Positions 20,589-29,631 of a stretch of DNA of 64,000 nucleotides are shown here, piece by piece. The DNA is from an uncultured delta proteobacterium (GTDB lineage: Bacteria; Desulfobacterota; Binatia; UBA9968). Numbering within the stretch: the first letter of the stretch is position 1; every line of letters begins with the position of its first letter. Below the pieces are notes generated by a model, which worked only from the letters and a program-made list of their open reading frames with translations, ran no database searches and was not told the DNA's origin. The translations under genes and the position numbers were made by a program. The stretch is taken from NCBI GenBank assembly GCA_963755715.1, contig CAVWLW010000001.1, positions 32,001 through 96,000 of the forward strand, in the 5' to 3' direction.

Positions 20589-20664
20589 AGAAGCGCCTCC
20601 CATGCCCGCTTCTTATCACAGGAAGAAGCCGCGTAAGAGGCGCAAAATCCGGCCTTGAAATAGC

Positions 20665-21139
20665 CTAAGACTTTTCGACGATATCGCTCTTGAGGCTGGC
20701 AAACAGAGTAAGGATCTCGTTTCTCTCTTTATCGGGCACTTTAAATTTGTCCATTGTCGCCGTCAGGTGCTTCACGGTGATTTGCCAGTCCGACTCGGTA
20801 ATTCCCAGGCCCGCATGAACGGTCTTCATGCTTCTGCCGAAATAGTAGCAGGGTCCACCGCTCGCTTCGCAAAGCTGGTCGACCACGTGCTGGCGCAACT
20901 TACGCAGCGAATCCGCGCTGACACCGACAAAAAAACGGCTCATCTGTTTATCCGCGGCCAGCCGGCCAAGAAAATCATCCGTGACCGCCGCGATCGCATC
21001 GTAACCACCGAGGCGCTTGTACAACGACGGCGCGGCGCTGGATGATTGGGCTTGCGCCGGGCGACTCGGGACTGAACGTTCCGCACAACGTGACTGCCAA
21101 AATCACCAAGCCGACTTTTAAAGCTAATTTGCCTCTCAT
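20665..21139 (-). CDS. Group 1 truncated hemoglobin with N-terminal signal peptide (frameshift near 21060)
   Basis: SLYKRLGGYDAIAAV, LCEASGGPCYYFGRSMKTVHAGLGIT; upstream RBS and MRGKLALKVGLVILAVTLCG. Confidence 0.85.
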
Positions 21140-21172
21140 GTTTTTTCCTCCGATCGATAGTTATTCCCAGCC

Positions 21173-22773
21173 TCACAACCGAATGAAACCGCCGCTCACG
21201 AGCGCTTGGCAGGTGAGTCCGACGCCAAAGAGCACGATGAACACGGACGAAGTCAAAGGCAGCCAGCGGGTCACGATTCGCCCTTCGCCGTGAAACCGCG
21301 CCATGAATTGGCGCGCATAAACCATCAAAACACCGATGGCGATCAGCACGGCCGCCAAGCCCATGCTAAAGGCAACGATCAGCAGCAAGCCGAAGCCGAT
21401 CCGCTGCATCGATACCGCGCTCAAGAGCACGACCAGAGCCGCGGGGCACGGCACGATGCCGCCGCTGATGCCGAGGGTCATGAGCTCGCGCAATGATACT
21501 TGGCCCTCGTGATGATCGTGCTGGTGCCCATGGCCGTGATGGTGCGCGTGATGATGTGGGTGGCCCAGCCCATGATGCGAATGACCGTGATGAACATGAC
21601 CCGAGAGCGCGTCTTTCCCAGATAACGCCGCACCAAAAGAATCACGCCGAGCACCAAGATCATGACCCCGGATACCAATCCCAACCAGGGATAAAGCTGC
21701 TCCGGCACGATGTACTGCGAAGCATAGAGAGTGACCGCGCCGAGCAGATACACGCCCGCGGTGTGCGCCGCGGTGACGATCAAGCCGAGCAGCAACGCAT
21801 GCTTGAACGTGCCGCGCGAGCCGACGAGATACGCCGCGACCAAAGTCTTGCCATGTCCGGGCTCAAGGGCGTGAAACGCGCCGAGGCCGACGGCAACGCC
21901 AAGCGCCAGCAGAACGATTCCCAAGCCGAGCTGCTTGGTTGCCATAATATCCGTGAACGAATTGCGCGGCGTCGTTTGCCTGTTGGCTGCGAGTTGGACG
22001 GAAGAATCGTCGCTTGACCTTGCAGAATTCAAGTTTGTGTCTACCCTGTAGGTTTGCTCCGGCGGTAGAATTTCGTTCGACGGCTCTAACGTCTGACGAG
22101 TTGTTTTGGCGACCGAGATCGGACTGCGCACGGGAAGAACCGCTGGCGGAACGGTGCCGACGGTAAAATTGATGCGCGCTTCCAACTGCTGCGGCGGGCT
22201 GTTTAGGAGATCGGTCGGGTAATCGCTTAATTGTCGGCTGCGATCCGTGCCGGGAACCGAACTATTAATCAACTTCAAGCCGGCATCTGCTACCGCGATA
22301 ATTTCTTTCCAGCCGGCTCGTCCGGGAAAATTGCCATCGCGATAATCCAATGACCGTTCTTCGCCCATCGATGCTTCTTCGAGCTTTGCTCTAAAAAGCA
22401 TGCCGATTTTCATCGTCGGCAAACCACCCGCGCCCGGCGGAAAAATGATCTCCCTCGAATCAAGTTGAAGCCATAGTGGCTTGCCGCCGACCTGCAGCGA
22501 CAAACCATCGCGCAGAATCTCCGCCTTGCGTGTGAGATAGGCTTGTAAGTTGACGTCGTCGAGATCGACGGTGATCCTGTTTTCTTGCATTTCCTGGAAA
22601 GTCGGAATTTCGGCCATATCGATGATGTATCTGAGCTCGACCGCGTCTTTGCCGATACGAATCGCCGAATAATGGCTGATGCTGAAATTTCCCAGAGGAT
22701 GAGCCGTCGCTCGGTCGGCGCCGAAAATCGTCAAAACGGCGAACCAGATAACGGCGATCCGGCGCATGTCCAT
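21173..22773 (-). CDS. RcnA/NicO-type Ni/Co transporter fused to an exported N-terminal domain (frameshift near 21610)
   Basis: HPLGNFSISHY; HALEPGHGKT; AHTAGV; His-rich loop GHVHHGHSHH..HQHDHH; GGIVPCPAALVVLL. Confidence 0.9.
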
Positions 22774-22777
22774 CGCT

Positions 22778-24088
22778 TTATCCTCCTTGGCCTTGCCTCT
22801 CGACGCCGGCTCGGTCAGTGCTGTGCTCCGAGCGCTCGAGGATTTCTGCGGCAGTTGCGCTAAAGACGGGATGAAAATTGCGATTGGTGCTGAGCGCGAG
22901 AGAAAGAAATTCGGTAGCTTTCGCCTTCGCGTCCAAAGACGAGTAAATCATGCCCGCGTGGAAAAACAGCTTGGCGTCTTTCGTGCCTAACTTGAGCGCT
23001 TCTTCGATAGCGGCGCGCGCTTCGTCGAGTCTGCCGTTCTTGTAAAGATTCCAGGCCAAAAGATCGTAGGCATAAATATCGCGGCGGTAATCCAACTCGC
23101 GCTGCGCCAGCTCCAGCCCGACATTTAATTTCAGGTCGTGATCGGCGTAAAAGTAAGCGAGCTCCCGGTTGTAAAGAACCTTGTTGATCTCGTTCAGCCG
23201 GCCGATGTATTCGACCAGCGCATACTGTTGACGCGCTTGCTCGTCTCGCCCCGTCTTCGCGTAGATGTCGCCCAGCGCCGCGGCATAGTCGGGCATCGGC
23301 AGTATGGCGATGGCCTTTTGATAGAAATCGATCGCTTCATCGTAGCTCTTTTGCGCGGTGCGTAACTGCGCCATGCCGGCTAGAGCCCGATAGTAATTCG
23401 GATACGTTTGCAGCGATTGTCGATAACAACTCTCCGCCTTCAGTAAGTCACCGATGGCGAAATGCTCCATGCCGAGCTGCCACTCCGCCCAGGCGATGCC
23501 CTCGCTCGGCTGTTTTGCTGCTTTCCCAAGGGCGACAGCACGTTCTAAATCCGCAATCGCGCCCGCGCTATCGCCGCGCGTGCTCTTCAGCCCTGCCAAC
23601 CGGCTATACGAGTAGAGACTTTGTTCCAGCTGCACCATGTGATCGTACGCCGCCTCGGCTTCGGCGTACCGACCGACTTCGAGCAGCGCGTCGCCGAGAA
23701 TGCCGTAGGCGTCGCCGTCCTCGGAATTGATCTCCAAGGCTCGGCGTGCCTGAACCGCGGCGGGCGCAAATTCGTGGCGCGAATAAAAAACATAAGCGAG
23801 ATGGCGTAAAGCGCCGGCGTTTTGCGGCGCGATCGCCAAAGCCTTTTGCAATGCTTCCTCGGCGCGGTTGAAATAGCTCGGGTCGCCGGATTCTCTGGCT
23901 TTACGGATCAAAGCGTCGCCGAGCCCGAGTAAGACAGTCGTATTGCGCGGATTGCGCTTGAGCATTTGCTGGTAGTAGCCGATCTGATAATCGGTGCGAG
24001 CTTGCTGCGCCAGTGAAAGCTCCACCGCGACGCTGAAAATACTTAACGCGGTGAGAATCGTCACGATCATGCTTTGTTGGAATTTCAT
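22778..24088 (-). CDS. Exported tetratricopeptide-repeat protein
   Basis: Signal peptide and many TPR units; ARESGDPSY, RRDIYAYDLLAW. Confidence 0.88.
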   Translation of the reverse strand: MKFQQSMIVTILTALSIFSVAVELSLAQQARTDYQIGYYQQMLKRNPRNTTVLLGLGDALIRKARESGDPSYFNRAEEALQKALAIAPQNAGALRHLAYVFYSRHEFAPAAVQARRALEINSEDGDAYGILGDALLEVGRYAEAEAAYDHMVQLEQSLYSYSRLAGLKSTRGDSAGAIADLERAVALGKAAKQPSEGIAWAEWQLGMEHFAIGDLLKAESCYRQSLQTYPNYYRALAGMAQLRTAQKSYDEAIDFYQKAIAILPMPDYAAALGDIYAKTGRDEQARQQYALVEYIGRLNEINKVLYNRELAYFYADHDLKLNVGLELAQRELDYRRDIYAYDLLAWNLYKNGRLDEARAAIEEALKLGTKDAKLFFHAGMIYSSLDAKAKATEFLSLALSTNRNFHPVFSATAAEILERSEHSTDRAGVERQGQGG

Positions 24089-24152
24089 GTCCGGTCTCCT
24101 TCGCACGCAGTCGCCGGAGGAGGACGCTCATCCTCCTCCGGCGAACAGCCGG

Positions 24153-25695
24153 TCAATTACAGGGATTGGCGCCCGCTTCACCGCAGTCGATGTGCCGGCG
24201 ATTCCGGCCGTCGTATGGCGTTGGCAAATAGGGAAACACTTTGTAGATTCCGTTGGGCGTCAGATTCGATCCTTGCGCGCCCTGGAGAAAATTGACCCCG
24301 TCACCGACGCGCGCGGCGATATAGTTCGCGCCGCCCACGACTCGAATTGCGATGTCGGTTACGTCGTCGTTGGGACGGCGGCCGTTCGGAAAACCCGCCG
24401 CATCGCCCGCGAGTCCACCGAGCCGCTTTTGATTTTCCGGCTGAGTCGGCGCGACTTTCAAGTTCACGCGCAACAGCTCGGAACAGGGATTGCCGCAGTC
24501 ATTGCCGTTCAGAGCTTGACCCGGATATTTGAGCAGCAGGCCCATGAGATCGGTACGCGGCGTCTGGCGTGACCGGAACGTTGAAGATGAGCGCCAGCGC
24601 CTGGGCGATCGATGGATTTTTGTAGAATTCTTGAAACCGCGCTTCGTCCTCGGGCTCTTGTGAATTCCAAAAGTCCTTCGACGGCGTATCGATGATCAAT
24701 TCGTTAACCAACGGATTGGCCAAGCGCGAGACTTGCGTCCACGGGCCCGCGAGCACTGACGTTCCATCGCCCGCTAGGTGTTTGGTTTTTTGCCTGGCGG
24801 TCGACGCATACATGCCAATCAATGGAGTGTTCGTTTGCTCGGCCGGTTTGCCGTCCCGCGTAATTCTTGCGATCGGCACCTCGATGACGATGCTGTTCAC
24901 GTTGGTACCGCTGAACCGGTTAACACCGAATGGATTCACCGAGTCATTGGCGTCTTCTGCCTCCGTCAGCAGCGGCAGAAAGCGACGCAGATTTACCGTG
25001 TCGAACACCGCGCCGAGATCGATGTAAAAAGTTTCCGCCCGCTGACCGGCGAAAACCTTGATGCCGGTCGATGCATCGGCGTAAATCCCCTGGGCGGCGA
25101 GATCCTCATAATTCGGCATCGTCGCCGGTCCGGCGTTGGACGGCACAGCGATCAGCCTTTGGCCCTTGAACAGCTCGGTCCGCTTGTGGCCTCTGACTTC
25201 GGTGACCGTATAGGTCTGACGACGGCTGAGGCCTTCCGATCCCGCGCCGTCGAGCTTGATGATCCCTTGGACCTCGGGAACCGGAATATGAGGATTACCG
25301 ACATAGGGCAGCGGAAAAAGCAGTGAGCCTAGGATGGGGCGGGTTTCGGTCTTGAATCTGAACTCGTAGACGATATCTTCCGCCTTGCCGTCTTGGTTGT
25401 TGTCGATATTGAAGCTGTAGAGCACTTCGTCATCGAAGTTAAAATAGTTCGGCCCGTCGGCGGGATCCTGGCCGGGGATGACGTTCATAACGAACACCGC
25501 TTTGCTCGGATCTTGCCAACTGCGAAACGCGTAAGTGTCGGTGTTATCTGCCGCCGGATCGAGCGCGATCAGCGGCGCTTCTCGATGGCTGGCCGCGCGC
25601 GCGAGCGGCGCTGTCGTCGCCGTGATCATAAGCGCAGCCAGAGACACTGCCGTAAACTGATAAAAGACATGGCTCGACAAATTTTTCATGGTCAT
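24153..25695 (-). CDS. DUF4331 family exported protein (frameshift near 24560)
   Basis: ASHREAPLI..DPAADNTDTYAF, QVSRLANPLVNE, GFPNGRRPNDDVTDI, FPYL. Confidence 0.9.
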
Positions 25696-25791
25696 TTTCC
25701 TTTCTTGATTTTGATGGGAACGTCGCTTTCAGCTCAAACCCAACCAGGTCATTGTTGCTCTGGCCGGGTTTTTGAGTTTGCAATTATTCGG

Positions 25792-26442
25792 TTATCGGTT
25801 CGCAAAACGCTCGGGAAATTGTTTCACGATGGCGGCGGCCAGAGGGTCGGCGATCATTCCCATGTGGCCGGCTGCGCTGCGAATCGCCATGAAAGTTTTG
25901 TTCATATCGCCCGTCGCCTGCGCGTCGATGACATCTTTCAACGTCAGGACATGATCTTTCACCAGATTGGCGACCACGTCCTTGGGCAAATTAGGATTTG
26001 CCGAGGCGAGGAAGGCGCCGAAGTCTTGTGTATATTGGACGAGATCGGTGACGGCTTTATTTTTCTTGGCGTCGTCCTTGGTTGCGACGCCGACGGTATA
26101 ATCGACAACGAAGCCGATATGCTTGCGCCATAAGGGAAGAAAGGCCTGCTCGGCGCCAGCGCCATAAACCGCGCCGATAGCTTTGGCAATATCGATGGAG
26201 TTGGCGTCGAGGGCACCGGCGGCGGCTTTGAATTCGCCGTCGCGGCCGGCCAGCGCGGCGCCCGTAGCCGCGGCCGCCAGGAAAACATGCTCGCGAAACA
26301 ATGAATTGAGACCCGTTCTTAAATCCGAGCTCATCGCGCCATGGTGGCTCATCTCGGCCGCGACTGCGCTCGCCGTGTGGCCGGCGCCGAGTAACGCGAC
26401 CATCACGGCCGCGCCGACAAAGTTTTTGCATGCGATCTTCAT
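25792..26442 (-). CDS. Exported alpha-helical His-containing protein of unknown function
   Basis: Signal peptide; DLRTGLNSLFREH, IGAVYG..AFLPLWRKHIGFVVDY, LVKDHV, AGHM, AIVKQFP. Confidence 0.7.
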   Translation of the reverse strand: MKIACKNFVGAAVMVALLGAGHTASAVAAEMSHHGAMSSDLRTGLNSLFREHVFLAAAATGAALAGRDGEFKAAAGALDANSIDIAKAIGAVYGAGAEQAFLPLWRKHIGFVVDYTVGVATKDDAKKNKAVTDLVQYTQDFGAFLASANPNLPKDVVANLVKDHVLTLKDVIDAQATGDMNKTFMAIRSAAGHMGMIADPLAAAIVKQFPERFANR

Positions 26443-26496
26443 TTTCAGTTCTCTCCTTTTTTGTTTGTATTGCGTAGGTCAGAATTGCCGACAATT

Positions 26497-26907
26497 TTAT
26501 TGGACGTGGATTTGTCCGCGCATGGATGGGTGGCGGTCGCAGAAATACTCGTAAACACCCGGACGATCGAAGGTGTAACTGGCTGTGGCACCCTTGGCGG
26601 GAAAATTGAGACTTACATTTTCCAGTCTTTCCGGTGTGCCCAAAGTGACGGTGTGCCGGATGTCGTCCTGATTTACCCACGTCACCGTCGTGCCGGCTTT
26701 GATCTCCAATTGGCCCGGCTGATATTGGAAGAGTTGAATCGTTACCGCGGCTGGCGGCTGGGAACGTGGGCCCACGCTTTCGCCGCTCGCCACAACAGCG
26801 CTCTGTTTCTGAGGAATGTCGTCACAGTCCTCATGTGCATGCAGCGGCGAACTCCCGGCCAAGACGCTCGCGGTCAAGACTGCTGCGCTCCGCCAATGCC
26901 CTTTCAT
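26497..26907 (-). CDS. Cupredoxin (plastocyanin/amicyanin-like type-1 copper protein)
   Basis: GTTVTWVNQDDIRHTVT ... YEYFCDRHPSMRG gives His/Cys/His/Met ligands; signal peptide. Confidence 0.9.
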   Translation of the reverse strand: MKGHWRSAAVLTASVLAGSSPLHAHEDCDDIPQKQSAVVASGESVGPRSQPPAAVTIQLFQYQPGQLEIKAGTTVTWVNQDDIRHTVTLGTPERLENVSLNFPAKGATASYTFDRPGVYEYFCDRHPSMRGQIHVQ

Positions 26908-26966
26908 CGCGTCTCCTCCTTGTCTGTCGTTGTCAGCTAAACCGACTTTGGCTTTCTGTGTCGGTC

Positions 26967-26992
26967 TACGAACGAGCAGCAAGCTTTGGATT
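26967..26992 (-). promoter_or_regulatory. Putative ECF sigma promoter for the cupredoxin-DUF4331 operon
   Basis: AATCCAAA-N14-CGTA on the minus strand; same boxes and spacing as the divergent copy. Confidence 0.7.
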
Positions 26993-27040
26993 GCTCAAAT
27001 CTTCGATTTCTTTTGCCGCAAAAAATTCTTTGCAGCGCTA

Positions 27041-27066
27041 AATCCAAACCGGTGGGTTCGAACGTA
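27041..27066 (+). promoter_or_regulatory. Putative autoregulatory ECF sigma promoter
   Basis: AATCCAAA-ccggtgggttcgaa-CGTA upstream of the anti-sigma/sigma operon. Confidence 0.7.
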
Positions 27067-27141
27067 AAGAGTATTAGGTGTTGTTTGCGCCGCGAAATTG
27101 ACTCGGGCTAGAATGGCTCGGTTCAATCGAGCAGGTGACTT

Positions 27142-27700
27142 ATGGATCACGAAAATTGGTTGGAATTGGCAGATGTCTACGCTGCGGAGGCCTTGGACGG
27201 GGAAGACCTGAGCGAGTTCAACGCGCACCTGGCCGCGGGCTGCCCGCTCTGCCAAGCGCGTATTCGCGAGACTCACGAAGCCCTGGCTGGTATTTCAGTT
27301 TCCTTGGAACCCATCTCTCCCGCTCCTGCGCTCAAAGAAAAAATCTTAGAACGAATCGATGCAGAACAGCCGGGCCTGGTGTTCATTCGCGCCAATGAAG
27401 GTTCGTGGATCGAGGCCGAGCCGGGCATCTTCGCAAAGATCTTGAACATGGACGCCGAGCGCGGGCGTGATCACCGCGCTGGTGCGTCTGGCGCCGGGCT
27501 CGCGCTACGCCGCTCATCGGCACCTTGGTACTGAAGAAGTTTTGGTCTTAGAGGGAAGTTGCTATTGCGGCGGCCGCCTGCTGCGCAAAGGCGACTATCA
27601 TCGCGCCGAGGTCGGCAGCGTTCATGTCGATATGCGCAGCGACGAAGGTTCGCTGATGTTGATTAGCGCGCCACTGCAAAGCGACATGCTTCCCACGTGA
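27142..27700 (+). CDS. ChrR-like anti-sigma factor (zinc-binding ZAS plus cupin domain), frameshift near 27465
   Basis: HLAAGCPLC; cupin HRHLGTEEVLVLEG..GDYHRA..SVH. Confidence 0.85.
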
Positions 27701-27746
27701 TTCCAGGGATGGAGTAAACGTTGATGCTGCTCAAGACGACAGATCG

Positions 27747-28313
27747 GTGATGCCTGTGGAGCCGTTGGTCGATCCTGTGAGTTTAATCCAGCGAATCGCG
27801 GCGCAAAATCGCGACGCCTTCAGCCAGTTCTACGATCGCTACTCTCCGATAGTTTATTCCCTGGCGCTGCGCATGCTGAGAGCGCAATCCGATGCCGAAG
27901 ATTTGCTCCAAGAAATTTTTCTTCAAGTGTGGCGCCAAGCCACGGTCTATAGCGCCGAGCGCGGCAGCCCGGAAGCCTGGCTGATCAACATCGCGCGCAG
28001 CCGCGCCATCGATAAGCTCCGTTCCATACGTAGAAGAGAAAGGAGTTTTGTCTTGACCGACGATCCGGCCGCGGCGGAGTCGCCGGATAACGTAGAGACC
28101 TCAGCCGGAGAATCGGAATCTAAGTTGGTCATGAATAGCGCTTTGGCGAATTTGCCGGAAGCCCAGCGGCGCGTGCTCGAGCTCGCTTACTTTGATGGCT
28201 TGAGCCAAAGCGAGATCGCCGCGCGCCTCGCGGAACCGCTCGGCACCGTGAAAACGCGAATGCGCTCGGGTATTCAGCGCCTGAGAGGAATGCTTGGAAC
28301 ACAGGCCGCATGA
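27747..28313 (+). CDS. ECF RNA polymerase sigma factor (SigK-like)
   Basis: DAEDLLQEIFLQVW, RGSPEAWLINIARSRAID, LAYFDGLSQSEIA..PLGTVKTRMR. Confidence 0.93.
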   Translation: MMPVEPLVDPVSLIQRIAAQNRDAFSQFYDRYSPIVYSLALRMLRAQSDAEDLLQEIFLQVWRQATVYSAERGSPEAWLINIARSRAIDKLRSIRRRERSFVLTDDPAAAESPDNVETSAGESESKLVMNSALANLPEAQRRVLELAYFDGLSQSEIAARLAEPLGTVKTRMRSGIQRLRGMLGTQAA

Positions 28314-29041
28314 TGTCTACGGAGCACGCACATTGGCTGGAGCGCGGCGACATCTATGCTCTCGGTGCGCTGGACGGTGAGGAGCTGAAAGACTTCCAAG
28401 CGCATCTCGCGATGGACTGCGCGATGTGCGCTGCGTACCTCCGTGAAACCCGCGAGACTTTGAATCTGCTGCACCGCTCCCTTCGTCCGATCACGCCGCG
28501 ACCCGAGCTCAAAGCGCGACTTCTTGAGAAGGTCCGCAGTGAAAAAGTTGTTCCCATCGCGGCACTGCAGCCAAAAGCGTCGCAGTGCTGGCAGCGAATC
28601 ACGGGAATGATCGCCGCTGGAATTATTGCTGTCGTTCTGGTCGGCGCGTTTTACCAATATCGCAATCGCGCGGTGATCAATACCGCGGTCGTCAATTTAT
28701 TGCGCGATCCGTCGACCCGCGATCTGCCGCTCTACGGTGCCGGGGCCAATGCCGCAAGCCAAGGGCGATTTCTCTGGAACGATTCCGGCGAGGGTCATAT
28801 CTTCGTCGCCAATTTACCGTCGGCGCCGCGAGGAAAAACCTACGCGGTGTGGACGATTGCGCGCAACTCCGCCCCGCGCTACGTCGGCGCACTCAACACC
28901 GACGCGAACGGACAAGGCGGTGTGCACATCAAATCAACTGCCAGCGCAGCGCCCATTGAAACCTTTGCCGTCACATTGGAAAACGCAGGCACGACCACCG
29001 CTCCTGCCGGGCCGATGGTGCTGGTATCAAAACAATCCTAA
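28310..29041 (+). CDS. RskA-like transmembrane anti-sigma factor
   Basis: YALGALD..HLAMDCAMC, one TM helix, LPSAPRGKTYAVW, FAVTLE..G..PAGP. Confidence 0.88.
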   Translation: MMSTEHAHWLERGDIYALGALDGEELKDFQAHLAMDCAMCAAYLRETRETLNLLHRSLRPITPRPELKARLLEKVRSEKVVPIAALQPKASQCWQRITGMIAAGIIAVVLVGAFYQYRNRAVINTAVVNLLRDPSTRDLPLYGAGANAASQGRFLWNDSGEGHIFVANLPSAPRGKTYAVWTIARNSAPRYVGALNTDANGQGGVHIKSTASAAPIETFAVTLENAGTTTAPAGPMVLVSKQS

Positions 29042-29048
29042 GAACCCA

Positions 29049-29099
29049 AGGGCGACCGCCGGTCACCCCTACACGGGCGCAGCATGCTGCGCCCCTACA
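29049..29099 (-). repeat. Tandem GTAG-type REP palindromes
   Basis: Minus strand reads GTAGGGGCGCAGCATGCTGCGCCC and GTAGGGGTGACCGGCGGTCGCCC. Confidence 0.75.
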
Positions 29100-29572
29100 T
29101 TTTTTGTGTTCTTTGCGTTCTTTGTGGCCATTTTCTTGTCTTTTTCAGAATCATTTTCCGGTGTGGAATGCCGGCTTCGTCGAAAACCGCACCGACGCAG
29201 CGAAATCCCAGCTTCTCATAGAACTCGATCACCGGCACTTGCGCGTGCAAATAGATTGATCGCGCGCCCAGCTTCTTTGCCGTCGCAATCGCCCGCCGGA
29301 GCAATTTTTTCCCCACGCCTTTACCACGATAACTTTTGAGCACCGCCATGCGGCCGATTTTGGCGCTACCGTGATGCGACACGACTCTCGCGGTCCCAAC
29401 GGCTTTTCCCTCGGAAGTTGCCAGAAAATGAATCGCGCGGTCATCGTCGCGATCGAGCTCGATTGCAGCGGGCACGCGCTTGTTCGCGCACAAATACACG
29501 CATGCGGATCGCGAAGGCTTGTGCCTTTGCTTCGTCCGAAGAAATCTGTTTTATCTGAATGACTGTTTTCAC
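29095..29572 (-). CDS. GNAT acetyltransferase (ElaA/YjcF-like), frameshift near 29480
   Basis: AFAIRMRVFVREQ..ELDRDD, AKIGRMAVLKSYRGKGVG, LHAQ..FYEKLGF..FDEAGIPH. Confidence 0.88.
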
Positions 29573-29631
29573 GGCTACTCTCTACATAATTTTCTTTGCG
29601 CCAACGACTGAAGCATAAAGGATTGACACTA

